Positions 31,072 through 41,045 of a stretch of DNA of 64,000 nucleotides are shown here, piece after piece. Within the stretch, counting starts at the first letter, position 1; the number at the start of each line of letters is the position of its first letter. This stretch comes from Candidatus Bathyarchaeota archaeon (lineage in GTDB: Archaea; Thermoproteota; Bathyarchaeia; Bathyarchaeales; Bathycorpusculaceae): contig CAVTBV010000014.1 in assembly GCA_963733095.1 (NCBI GenBank), forward strand, positions 1-64,000. The letters are read 5' to 3'. Both the position numbers and the translations under genes were made by a program. Under the pieces are notes generated by a model. It searched no databases. It saw nothing but the letters and a program-made list of their open reading frames with translations, and was not told the DNA's origin.

Positions 31072-31926
31072 ATGCCGAAATTTCAAGTATACAAAGATGC
31101 GGCAGGAAAATACCGTTTTCGCCTCCGAGCAGACAACAACAAAATCATAGCAGCAGGGGAAGCCTACGAGACCTATACAAGTTGCATAAACGGAATCAGA
31201 AGTGTACAGAGGAATTTCAATGCTCATGTTGAAGATACGACAGTTGAAGGGCAACGATTTTCAAACCCAAAATTCCAAATCTACAAAGACAACGCTGGAA
31301 AGTTTAGATTCCATCTGAACGCAAGAAACGGAGAAATAATCGCCGATAGTACCGAAGGATACGAGACAAAAGATGCGTGCTTCAACGGCATTGCTGTAGT
31401 GGGTCAAAGTGCTACTGCTGAAATCAAAGATCTAACACAATCCGAAGAGATTATTGCAGAAAACACTGGAGTCGCGACACCGGCAATATCTGCAGAAGCT
31501 AAGACACCCCAAAGTATTGAAATATCTAATACTGAAGTGATCAAAATGGATAGAGAAGATGAAATATTAGCTGAGTTAAAGAAAATTAGTGCAGCTTTAG
31601 AAAAAGCTCCACCACCAACTCCGCCGAAAGGCTTTGTGAACGAGTTTAAGGATTTTCTGTCAAAGTATAAAATCTTTGGATTGGCTGTAGCTTTTATTTT
31701 GGCTTTGTATGCTGGCATTTTAGTTCAGGCGCTTGTTAAAGACTTCATTATTCCGCTGCTGGGTTTAGTTATTCCGGGGATGTCTAATCTAGCTACGTAT
31801 ACAGCTACAGTGTTGAGTCAAGTGTTTGGCATAGGTGACTTTCTGATAGCGTTGATTACCTTCATTGTCGTTGCGTTGGTAGTATTCGTTGTTGTGAAAG
31901 TAGCTAAGAAATGGCACATAGAATAA
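31072..31926 (+). CDS. tandem YegP/DUF1508 domains fused to a MscL-family channel, copy 2
   Basis: Same 855-nt length and collinear sequence as 3160..4014; upstream promoter region also homologous. Confidence 0.88.
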   Translation: MPKFQVYKDAAGKYRFRLRADNNKIIAAGEAYETYTSCINGIRSVQRNFNAHVEDTTVEGQRFSNPKFQIYKDNAGKFRFHLNARNGEIIADSTEGYETKDACFNGIAVVGQSATAEIKDLTQSEEIIAENTGVATPAISAEAKTPQSIEISNTEVIKMDREDEILAELKKISAALEKAPPPTPPKGFVNEFKDFLSKYKIFGLAVAFILALYAGILVQALVKDFIIPLLGLVIPGMSNLATYTATVLSQVFGIGDFLIALITFIVVALVVFVVVKVAKKWHIE

Positions 31927-32186
31927 ACTCACTCTTTTTCTTTTTTTGTTAAGTGCAACATTGCCAAAATAGGAAGAATTCTTAATATAAAAGTTAGACT
32001 TCAAATGAGTTTTGATAATTTCATTTAAAAAAAGAAAAATGTTTCCGATTACAACTTTTTCTTTACCTTGTTGGCAACCTTTTTTGTTTCTTGAGCACCC
32101 ATTAATCCGGCTTTCTTTGTTTCTTCGGAGGCTTTTTTGCTGCTTCTTCAGTTTTCTTCTTAGCTTTGCCTAAAAAGACATCTTGA

Positions 32187-32371
32187 TTAATCCTTGGCTT
32201 CAATTACCTTTGCTATTGCAGCTTTTTCTAAACAGATTCTACGCCGCCTACACAGCCTTCTTTTGAAGCGTATCCTTCACTGACCACAATTATTTCTCCG
32301 TTAGCTGCTTTCAACCTAAAACGGTATTTTCCTGCTTTGTCTTTATACCACTCAAATATTGGTTCAGGCAT
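32187..32371 (-). pseudogene. single-domain YegP/DUF1508 gene with a stop and frameshift near the end
   Basis: MPEPIFEWYKDKAGKYRFRLKAANGEIIVVSEGYASKEGCVGGVESV* then AAIAKVIEAKD in another frame. Confidence 0.78.
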
Positions 32372-33548
32372 AATATCACTGCTGATAAGTTTAATAAAAC
32401 TCCTTTAAAACTTTGCGTAATTAATAAAAAAATACAGTAAAGATACCAAATTCACTAATCTTGCGTGAATAAATTTTATGATATAGAAAACCTATTCAAG
32501 AAATGTGCCGGAGAACCAATCGAAGAAGGGGTCCTCATTTTCGAAAAATTAAAAAAAAAGTCTCCGCCTTAGAGGATCAATTATGCAAAAAAAATTCGAT
32601 CCTATTATTCCTTTTCTATATTCATCTTACGGATTCAATTGAGACATGAATTCTTTCCATTTCAAGAAATTACTCAGGGTTATTCTCGTTTTCTAACATA
32701 ATCTTTAGATTAGACTCATTGTCTGCTCTGAGTTTAGTTTTTACATTTTCATCTATTAGAATCACAGGAGATAAGAACCTCTTACTCGGTTTGAGCGCGT
32801 AACGCCAATTTTCTGCAAATTGAACATCTTCAAACATGATTGCACACATCAAATCCAAACATCTCTATGGGTTCTAAGTTGAGTTGTGTGCGCAAACATT
32901 ATTCCTACGTTAAAACCACATTAGCCAAAAAGCCTACCCAAGAAAGCAAACGTTTCCAAACCCCACGGTGTAGTGTGCAATCTTTAGGCGCCAACCCACA
33001 CAAAGACAAAAAAAGAAACACTGGCTTTAGAGCTTCTAACCAAACGCTGTGTAGATTTAAACGGCAAATGGAAAAATAAGGTTAAGAGCAATATGCTGGA
33101 CACTGTCGAGCAATACGCTGAAAGTTAAGCGTATTAGATTTTGCTAATTTAGCGAACTGTTCTTCGCTTATTGATAGAAGTTTTGGAAATTTAGTGAATT
33201 CTACTTTTCAAAAAAGTTTATTCCAGAAGTAGGGATATCACTAAATTGTAATTAGCACATAACTAAAATCAGAACAGAACGCATTAGGGGGAGACTTTGG
33301 GTGAAGTCAGAAGTGATTAATCCGAATCTGAAGAATAATCGCTACTATGGCGGAATCGCATTGTACCTACTAACTAACAAGGTCGAAAACAAGGCACAGA
33401 CGCAGGTCAAGTGTAAATATGAAACAAAACGAGAAGCAATTTACTAAGGCGTAGCAAAAAGAAACCCACAATTTCGAATTCTATTTTATGTGCCCGCCAG
33501 TTCAGTTAAGAAGATAAACGCACTGGTTAACAAAGGAGATTTGTCTAT

Positions 33549-34706
33549 ATGCTGGAGCATAAAGAATTAGAGAAAAGTATCTCCAACGTAAAGCAGCTCA
33601 AGAGGTACGTAGACCTTGCTCCTGATGAAGCAAAGATGCTGAAAAAAATAATTAGAGTTCATCCTATGCGCATAAGCCCATATTACTTATCGCTTATTGA
33701 CTGGAACGACCCCGATGACCCGATAAGAAAAATGGCAGTGCCTTCTGTTGAAGAGCTAAGCCTTGAAGGATCCTACGACACAAGTGGAGAAACAGAAAAT
33801 ACGGTAGTTCCCGGGCTGCAGCATAAATATTCTGAGACAGCTTTGATTTTAGCTACGAACCAGTGTGCAACATACTGCAGACACTGTTTTAGGAAACGCC
33901 TAGTGGGATTACCAAACGGGGAAATCCTGAGACGCTTTGAGTCTGCCGCCGCTTACGTAAAAAAACATAAGGAAATAAACAATGTTCTAATCAGCGGTGG
34001 AGATCCGTTTGTGCTTGAGAGTGAAATCATCAAGAGGTTCCTCGAAGTCTTGGATAGAATGAAGAATATTAGATTCATTAGGATTGGAAGCAGGGTTCCT
34101 GTTACACTTCCCGCGAGACTTTCTGATCCAAAGCTTCTTGCTATTTTAAAGAAATACTCGAGGAGAGACAGGAGATTGCATGTTGTGACTCATTTCAATC
34201 ACCCCCGAGAAATAACACCTCAATCCATAGGTGCCGTGAACAATCTGCTCGAAGCCGGAGTTTTAGTCAGCAACCAGACCGTTCTGTTGCGCGGAGTAAA
34301 CGAAAGTCCCAGCACACTTACAACCTTGATGAATAGACTCGTGGGAGTTGGAGTCGTGCCCTACTATATTTTCCAGTGTCGTCCAGTCAAGAGGGTCAAG
34401 CATCAATTCCAAGTTCCCTTATGCGAAGGATCTAAGATAGTGGAAAAAGCAAAAGCACAATGCAACGGGCTTGGCAAACGTTTCAAATATATTATGTCAC
34501 ATGTAACGGGGAAGTTGGAGATTCTTGGAATAATGGACAACGAGATTTATTTTAAATATCATGAAGCTAAGGACAGGGAGAACTTGGGCGCTATGTTCAA
34601 GTGCCAAGTAGATGAAAATGCAGGCTGGCTCGATGACTTTAGAGATGCAAAATGGTCTTCAGTCTTTAAACCAGAATATCCGCCCAATCTAACTGGTGCA
34701 AGCTAG
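33549..34706 (+). CDS. kamA: KamA-family radical SAM protein (lysine 2,3-aminomutase-like)
   Basis: GLQHKY, CATYCRHCFRKR, VLISGGDP, THFNHPREIT, NQTVLLRGVN, PYYIFQC. Confidence 0.9.
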   Translation: MLEHKELEKSISNVKQLKRYVDLAPDEAKMLKKIIRVHPMRISPYYLSLIDWNDPDDPIRKMAVPSVEELSLEGSYDTSGETENTVVPGLQHKYSETALILATNQCATYCRHCFRKRLVGLPNGEILRRFESAAAYVKKHKEINNVLISGGDPFVLESEIIKRFLEVLDRMKNIRFIRIGSRVPVTLPARLSDPKLLAILKKYSRRDRRLHVVTHFNHPREITPQSIGAVNNLLEAGVLVSNQTVLLRGVNESPSTLTTLMNRLVGVGVVPYYIFQCRPVKRVKHQFQVPLCEGSKIVEKAKAQCNGLGKRFKYIMSHVTGKLEILGIMDNEIYFKYHEAKDRENLGAMFKCQVDENAGWLDDFRDAKWSSVFKPEYPPNLTGAS

Positions 34707-35043
34707 CTGAAGACTAGAAACACAACAAGTTAACTAAAAGAAGAAGAAGCACAAATTTTTCAACCTTCTTCTTCTACTACTAACCTCGTTTTAGCCTCGG
34801 AAACAAGTCCAATTTTTTTTCTTTTTCGATTGCTGATAGGTGTCTTACATCAAGCCTGCATATTCCCTTATCCCTTTAATCGTTGCAAACACAATAAAAT
34901 AAAGCACTTGACAGACTTCTATTCCATTGCTATTTCATCACCAATTAATCCTTTAAACGGCATCTATCCGAGCGGAAAGCAATAATTAACTGAATGACGT
35001 TGTCTTGTCAAATAAAAAAGCGATTTCAAGTTAAGAGGTCCTC

Positions 35044-36141
35044 TTGGTGAACTCTGAAGAGTTAATTTTCGGGAACAAACCGGCCAAAAGAAGAATTCAC
35101 AGACAAACCCGAAAATTCAGTTTCGTGCTCTACCAAGCATTTTATGGTCCGATTGCTTTTGCTAAAGCAGTTTACCGCCAAGTTATTTTGCTGGGCTTAG
35201 TTTTAATATGGGGCGCAGGGATTTTTTATTATTATGATCATTTACCTTTCTTGAGTTCTTTTCTCGCGTCAGTTTCAACGATTACAACCATCGGGTTGTA
35301 CGTTCCAAACGGCGGGAACTTTGTGACTTTGAATCACATGGAAGCGGTGCTCTTAATAATTATGATAATAATATCGGTGGGTGCAGGCGCATCGATAGTG
35401 CAAAGTAGCGTAAGTTTGCTGGCGGATGGTCATCTTGCGAAGAGCGAAGCAGAAAAGCAACTGATAAAGAGAATAAAAAAACACGTCATTGTCTTTGGTT
35501 ACAGCCACCTTGGTAGATATGTTATTGAAAAACTCGACGAGTTAGGCTTTGACTATGTAGTTATTACCAAAGACCCAAATATCTACAATGAGTTGATAAA
35601 AAAAGATGTCTTTGCCATACTTGAATATGAAACACAGCCCATAGTTGCACTGAAAGCTGCTGGAATAGAACGAGCGTCTATGGTTATTGTAGCTCATGAA
35701 AAAGACCCTGAAAACATGCTGACTATACTTAGTGCAAGAAAAATGCGTCCTGATATTAGAATAATCACAGTAGTTCACGATCAAACCCTCATAGAAACTG
35801 CTAAAAACGCAGGCGCCGACATGGTTATACCTTCTTCTGTTACAGTGGGACACTTACTTGCCCTCTCAGCCGTTACCAAAGACTTAGTGGGCGTAGTTTT
35901 CTCAGAAAAAATTGGGGCCCAAGAAATAGCGGAATTCTCGATCTTCAAGTCTTCCAAACTAATTGGGAAAGGGCTGCAGGAAATTTCAAAGGTTGTTGCT
36001 ATAATCGGGGTGGTCCGCGACGGCAAGATAGTGACTAGTCTCTTTGACCCAACTTTTACCTTGAAAGAAAACGATACCGTATTAGTCATAGGTGAGACCG
36101 ATAAACTTCAAAAAATCGAAAAAGAAGCAAATGCAATCTAG
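35044..36141 (+). CDS. 2-TM ion channel with RCK (TrkA-N/TrkA-C) domain
   Basis: TM-pore (STITTIGL)-TM, HVIVFGYSHLG Rossmann motif, AGADMVI, TrkA-C. Confidence 0.85.
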   Translation: MVNSEELIFGNKPAKRRIHRQTRKFSFVLYQAFYGPIAFAKAVYRQVILLGLVLIWGAGIFYYYDHLPFLSSFLASVSTITTIGLYVPNGGNFVTLNHMEAVLLIIMIIISVGAGASIVQSSVSLLADGHLAKSEAEKQLIKRIKKHVIVFGYSHLGRYVIEKLDELGFDYVVITKDPNIYNELIKKDVFAILEYETQPIVALKAAGIERASMVIVAHEKDPENMLTILSARKMRPDIRIITVVHDQTLIETAKNAGADMVIPSSVTVGHLLALSAVTKDLVGVVFSEKIGAQEIAEFSIFKSSKLIGKGLQEISKVVAIIGVVRDGKIVTSLFDPTFTLKENDTVLVIGETDKLQKIEKEANAI

Positions 36142-36263
36142 AAGATTCTGAATCCCGCGTCTATGGTTTTTGCAAAATTAGTCTCTTGGTACCCGGTCTT
36201 TGTGGGTTGGAACTGCAATTTGAAAGTAATCTTTTATTTATCTTAAAGTAACCAATAACTTGC

Positions 36264-36737
36264 ATGGCAAAAGACGAGATCCCCGTAGTTATCGAAAAAG
36301 TTAATGCAGAAACTTTCGATAATTTTCTGGGTTTAATCAATAAGCTTGCTGAATACGAGAAACTTTCTCCACCTGATGAAGATGCAAAAAGAAGGTTACT
36401 GCGAGACTGTTTATCTGACAAACCCAAATATCAAGCGTTTATCGGAAAAATCGGCGACAAATACGTTTCTTACATGATTTTTTTCTTTACCTATTCGAGT
36501 TTCCTTGCACTGCCAACGCTCTTTCTGGAAGACATCTTTGTACTTGAAGCGTATCGAAGACACGAGGTGGGCAAAAAAATGTTCAACTTCCTAAAAGCCA
36601 CAGCTAAACGCGAAGGATGTGGCAGAATAGAGTTTACGGTTTTGAAATGGAACACGCCCGCGCAAAAATTCTATCAAAAGAACAGAGCCCAACGCTTAGA
36701 ATGGTACTTGTATCGTTTGGTAAGGGAAGATTTTTAG
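36264..36737 (+). CDS. GNAT acetyltransferase (SSAT-like)
   Basis: LAEYEKL, TYSSF...LFLEDIFV, VLKWNTPAQKFY. Confidence 0.88.
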   Translation: MAKDEIPVVIEKVNAETFDNFLGLINKLAEYEKLSPPDEDAKRRLLRDCLSDKPKYQAFIGKIGDKYVSYMIFFFTYSSFLALPTLFLEDIFVLEAYRRHEVGKKMFNFLKATAKREGCGRIEFTVLKWNTPAQKFYQKNRAQRLEWYLYRLVREDF

Positions 36738-37603
36738 TTTGGCATACTTGAGGGTTGGGCTGCTTTTCTTTGCAGAAACGTGTTCACAGCATCTATGAGC
36801 GCTTCACAAGCAAACCATCGCTCTTCCAAGGAACCATCTGTCTCCAATGTTTGGATTATTCTGCGGAATTTCTTTATCTCCTCCAGTACAGGTTCCCTTT
36901 TTCTGTCATACTCAGCCCGCAGTTCCTTTTGCTTGGCATTAAAATCCAGCATAACCAATTCAAGTTCCGCCTGCTTATCATTTAATTCCTGCACTATAAC
37001 CATCTCTTTCTGTTCCCTATCTTTTTTAGAAACACCGCGGAAAAACCCCGTTTTCATCCGAATAATCTTATCCTGCTCTTTTTTCAGGTGGTTTATGGTA
37101 CTGTATAGAAGCTTGATTTCGCTTTTTCTTTGACTTTGAATGTTTCCCGTCAAAGTTGCGTATTCTCCGTTGATTTGTTTTAGGCGACTTCTCCAATCTG
37201 TTAGATTCTTTAGTTCTTGATCAAGTGCAACTTCTTTGCGGCGCATGGCTTCAAGTTGAAACTTAATGCTGGCAAGTGCCTGCGCACGCTCCATCAGGAA
37301 TTGTTCATCTGCACCTACGTTTGGGTGTGACTCAAACTCGCTTAGAACATCTGTTACGTTTGTTAGCCAACGGTCAAAGTGCTCGCTGTACGGGGTAGAA
37401 CCAAACTTTTGGATGCCCAACGTATGCAACCGTTTGAGGGTTAATTCCGAAATTTCTCTTTCCGTTAAACTATGCTTCTCTTCCAGTATCGGCTTTTCAA
37501 TGCCTTTACGGATGCGTTTTCTATCCTTCCTTTTTTCGCGAAGAGGTTTTTTGTATCCGTGAATTGGACCTCTGGGCGGTTTCGCGCGAGGTTGGTATCC
37601 CAT
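36734..37603 (-). CDS. coiled-coil hypothetical protein
   Basis: Basic N-terminus and long E/K/L heptad-rich helices. Confidence 0.75.
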   Translation of the reverse strand: MGYQPRAKPPRGPIHGYKKPLREKRKDRKRIRKGIEKPILEEKHSLTEREISELTLKRLHTLGIQKFGSTPYSEHFDRWLTNVTDVLSEFESHPNVGADEQFLMERAQALASIKFQLEAMRRKEVALDQELKNLTDWRSRLKQINGEYATLTGNIQSQRKSEIKLLYSTINHLKKEQDKIIRMKTGFFRGVSKKDREQKEMVIVQELNDKQAELELVMLDFNAKQKELRAEYDRKREPVLEEIKKFRRIIQTLETDGSLEERWFACEALIDAVNTFLQRKAAQPSSMPN

Positions 37604-37787
37604 AAACAGAACGTAGCACTCTTGAAGTATTTACTTTGTGCCTAACTGACTCTTAGTATCCTTATCAATAAATCAAAATAAGTGAAAGCGGAGGATCCGT
37701 CGTTTAAAGATCCAAGTACCCATTGTTTTTCGCTCAAACCACAAACGTAATAAGTTTATCTTGCAAAGAAGAATCGGTGAAATGATT

Positions 37788-38285
37788 ATGCCAAAGTTTA
37801 CAGTTAACCCTAGCCGAATTGACCCATATAAGAAATTCAAGTTCATAGTAAAGTGGGATGGTAAAATCGTTGCTGGCGTCTCCAAGATGAGTCCGCTGAA
37901 ACGAACCACAGACGTCATCCTACACAGGGACGGAGGCGACGCTAACGTGGATCGGAAATCCCCCGGTAAAACCCATTATGACGCTATAACTCTGGAGCGG
38001 GGTGTAACTCATGATCTTGAGTTTGAAGGTTGGGCGAATTTGGTGTTTAATAAAAACAGTGGGTCGATGTCTCTTAAGAACTTCCGAAAAGACTTAGTCA
38101 TCGAATTACTCAACGAAGCGGGCGTTCCAGTGATAGCCTACAAGGTTTATAGAAGCTGGGTCTCAGAGTACACTGCGCTGCCTGAATTGGATGCAGGCGA
38201 AAACGCAGTTGCCATACAAAGCATAACCATCCAGCACGAAGGCTGGGAAAGAGACACTGGAGTCGTTGAACCCAAAGAAACATAG
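37788..38285 (+). CDS. T4 gp19-like tail-tube protein (eCIS Afp1/Afp5 type)
   Basis: DPYKKFKFIVKWDG...RKSPGKT.YDAITLERGVT...FRKDLVIELLNEAG...WVSEY.ALPELDA...EGWERD. Confidence 0.92.
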   Translation: MPKFTVNPSRIDPYKKFKFIVKWDGKIVAGVSKMSPLKRTTDVILHRDGGDANVDRKSPGKTHYDAITLERGVTHDLEFEGWANLVFNKNSGSMSLKNFRKDLVIELLNEAGVPVIAYKVYRSWVSEYTALPELDAGENAVAIQSITIQHEGWERDTGVVEPKET

Positions 38286-38306
38286 AACCGCAGGTAGGAT
38301 ACGCAC

Positions 38307-38981
38307 TTGCCAAACATCAATAGAGGAACCCTGATTCTGCTCGCCCCAAACGCCAAAGACGCCTCCATCTCTCAACAGAACGTTTTCTTTGTCTTCCAAT
38401 ACAACCCCGAAAAATTACTCCACACCTTCAACCAATCACTGCCCTCTGCCTTAGCTGCAAACACTTCGGACCCGCAGTGGTTCCCATCTGAGCTCTTCAA
38501 CTTAACCTTTGAACTCGACAGCACTGACCTTGACCCACCAGCTCAAAACCAGACCCTTACAAACTTTGGTGTCCATCCAGCTTTAGCCATGCTAGAGCTA
38601 ATGATGCAACCTCAAGTGGTAGGCAAACAAACATCGTTGCCCATTGTTGTGTTCAAATGGGGTTCAAATCGGTCGGTACCGGTTCGTTTGATCAGCATGA
38701 GCGTCGAAGAACAATCCTTCGATGTAATCTTGAACCCAACTCGCGCCATGGTCAGTTTGACGCTAAGAGTGCTTGATGCTTCCGAAGTCAACGGCAACCC
38801 CGGTGCCCAAAGCGTCTTTTCAAGTCATCAAGGCGTTCGAGCTACGTTGGTTGATGCGTATAAGCTGCAAACTGGGCAGGCGACCTTTGTTGGTGGTGTT
38901 GGGGTTGCAGGCGCCAGCAGAGTGTCAAGTGATGGGGGTTCTGTAGCTAGCGTTTTGGGCGTTCGAAAGAAAAGTGCTTGA
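38307..38981 (+). CDS. eCIS tube-initiator-like (CIS tube / Afp7-like) protein
   Basis: FQYNPEKL...FELDSTD...GVHPALAMLE...FKWG..RSVPVR...EE.FD..LNP.RA.VSL.LRVL. Confidence 0.78.
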   Translation: MPNINRGTLILLAPNAKDASISQQNVFFVFQYNPEKLLHTFNQSLPSALAANTSDPQWFPSELFNLTFELDSTDLDPPAQNQTLTNFGVHPALAMLELMMQPQVVGKQTSLPIVVFKWGSNRSVPVRLISMSVEEQSFDVILNPTRAMVSLTLRVLDASEVNGNPGAQSVFSSHQGVRATLVDAYKLQTGQATFVGGVGVAGASRVSSDGGSVASVLGVRKKSA

Positions 38982-39306
38982 TTCAACCTTTTTAGAAAAA
39001 ATAGGCAGGCTGGGCGAATATTTCAAATCGCTCGGCACCGCTTTCATAAATCATCTAGCTTTTCTGTATTAGTTTTTGTTTTAGATGCTTAATCTATAAT
39101 TTACTTCCTGATGTTTTCAACCGATTCGGCGACAGAAAGTAACCCCCACCTCTCCCGAAAGGTGCTTAAGGGCTTGTTTGCTCTCACAAGAGCATTGAAA
39201 AATACCGAAAGTTAAACTTCACGAGATTTTTCTGCAAAAATCAATTTTGTTTTTCTTAAATTTTGTTTGCTAACATTTAAATCAGGCGTTTAAATGCTTA
39301 GTTGAC

Positions 39307-39394
39307 TGGTGAGGAGCGCCTGTGAAGCGGTTGAATTGCCCCTCTCCCTTTCAATTGGGGTTTTTTCAATCGCGAAGGAGGAACAGACTCACCA
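39307..39394 (+). ncRNA. candidate structured small RNA
   Basis: TGGTGAG/CTCACCA closing stem, GCGGTTGAA/TTCAATCGC and CCCC/GGGG stems; TTTAAA 26 nt upstream; pyrimidine tract downstream. Confidence 0.45.
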
Positions 39395-39401
39395 TTTCTC
39401 T

Positions 39402-39842
39402 CTATCCGCGGTTACCATAACTCTTGTTCATGCAGTCTTGGCAGTAATTTCGCTTGAACCGTTTTATCCGCTTTGGCTGAAAGGGTTTTCCGCATGAACT
39501 GCACTTTATCTGGTTGACAGTTTTGGGGTCGAGTAGTTTGAGTCTTCTTTCAATCTCGCTTCTAACATCCACATCGTTTTCACTAACTAACGCATGAGTT
39601 AGAAGCATTTTGGCTTGTTCTTCACTTTGCTCCCCAAACATTTTGGAAAACACGTTGTTCTTTTTCTGATCCACACTTATCTGAGAGGGCAACATGCAGA
39701 TAAAATTCGACGGGTAACTCTTCGATTTATCTGAGTCGACTACGGCAAAGCGGTAATGTCTGCCCACATAGTTGCCCTCGACGTTATCTTGAGTGAATAT
39801 CTGTAACTTGAACTTCATGATGAACCCATATATAGAAAACAC
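39402..39842 (-). CDS. hypothetical protein with C-terminal Zn ribbon
   Basis: CSSCGK...YCQDC. Confidence 0.75.
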   Translation of the reverse strand: MFSIYGFIMKFKLQIFTQDNVEGNYVGRHYRFAVVDSDKSKSYPSNFICMLPSQISVDQKKNNVFSKMFGEQSEEQAKMLLTHALVSENDVDVRSEIERRLKLLDPKTVNQIKCSSCGKPFQPKRIKRFKRNYCQDCMNKSYGNRG

Positions 39843-39929
39843 CTGCCAAGCTAATATCTCTTAGTTCTCAAGAAACCCAAATGCCGCTGTAAAAAGTCAT
39901 CAATTATGGCAAAACCCTGGAAATAATCG

Positions 39930-40859
39930 TTATTTGGCTTGCTGTTTTGCTAAATCCTTAGAGTCGCCAAAAATTTTCGTGTAACCAAGTGCTGAAACCA
40001 TTTCTTTAAAGTGGACAGCGATTAGTGCCATTAACGTTAGGAAGGGTATGTACGAGTAATAATAAAGGGGTGTTGTTATGCCTGAGCCAACAACCATGTT
40101 CACGAATCCCGAGCCCATACCTGGATAAAGAAGCATTAGATTCGATATGGCCAATGCGCCGATTCCACTTGCAGCTGCGACTTTGAGGTTCTTGCGGTTG
40201 TACCAAATGAAAAGAGGAATTGCTAATAAACCAAATCTCACGTCAAAAAAACCAAATGCCAATGCAATTCCTGACAGGACTGGCCTGCCTCGGCTGCCAA
40301 GGTAGAAGCTGAGCAGAAGCAGGAAAGTTAGGAAGACTTTGGCTTGTCCTTCTCCCCATTGCCAGTAGTAACTTAGGGACAGCCCTTTATCCGCGGCTGG
40401 GAAAGGCAGCAACAAGGCAATGGTTATCACCGTCAAGGTTATGGCAAGATGTTTGTTGCTTATGAGTTTGTAGATTAAAAATGCCATTACGGGAAGAAGC
40501 ATAAACTGGATTATGTCAAAAGTCAGGAGTGCCTGCTGATAATCCAGAGTGAGGAGAGGTGAGACAACTACCAGAAAAGAGGGTAGGTACTTGTATGCTT
40601 CTGGATGTGGCGGAGTGATTGGTTCTGTACCGCCTAAAGCGCCGAAATGGTAAATCTGGGCTGGGGTATGCCAGAGTCTCCAAGCGCCCACGTAGTAGGC
40701 TGAGAAATCTTTTGACAGTATTGTGCCCGAAGTGGTGATGCCTGGGCTGGGCGTGTAGGTTTCTGGATAAGCAACCACGAATGTGTATAAGTTTAGAGTA
40801 ATTAGCACGGCAACTCCGATGATGAGGAGCGTTTTGATTGTACGGGGTTGAGGTGTCAT
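39930..40859 (-). CDS. GT87/DUF2029-like membrane glycosyltransferase
   Basis: KDFSAYY, YKYLPSFL, multi-TM; paralog of 57205..58215. Confidence 0.75.
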   Translation of the reverse strand: MTPQPRTIKTLLIIGVAVLITLNLYTFVVAYPETYTPSPGITTSGTILSKDFSAYYVGAWRLWHTPAQIYHFGALGGTEPITPPHPEAYKYLPSFLVVVSPLLTLDYQQALLTFDIIQFMLLPVMAFLIYKLISNKHLAITLTVITIALLLPFPAADKGLSLSYYWQWGEGQAKVFLTFLLLLSFYLGSRGRPVLSGIALAFGFFDVRFGLLAIPLFIWYNRKNLKVAAASGIGALAISNLMLLYPGMGSGFVNMVVGSGITTPLYYYSYIPFLTLMALIAVHFKEMVSALGYTKIFGDSKDLAKQQAK

Positions 40860-41045
40860 TTTTCTCAGCAGTCAGGTGTTTATGGTTTTATTTCACTGTG
40901 CTGGAAACTTTTATACTTGGTTATTATTACGTCGTCAAATCATTTCCGAAAAATCGTGTTACAAATGTAATACGTGCAAAAATGCTTTTATTCAATCTCC
41001 ACCATGAAGCCATCAACTGCTCAAACCCAAGGATTGAATATTAAA

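Noticed and set aside
2385-32371. Amber recoding (pyrrolysine or readthrough), suggested by in-frame TAG in the SnoaL, HsdM and YegP genes
   Set aside because: Other broken genes have TAA, TGA or frameshifts, TAG ends normal genes such as secE, and no pyl genes are seen. Ordinary decay explains it.
31930-33300. A fifth att copy closing the fourth module
   Set aside because: No convincing match to the tRNA-Leu 3' end was found, so the right boundary of module 4 is undefined.
10459-38981. A complete provirus including the tail-tube genes
   Set aside because: No capsid, terminase or portal recognised. The tube genes are eCIS-like and lie outside the att-bounded region.
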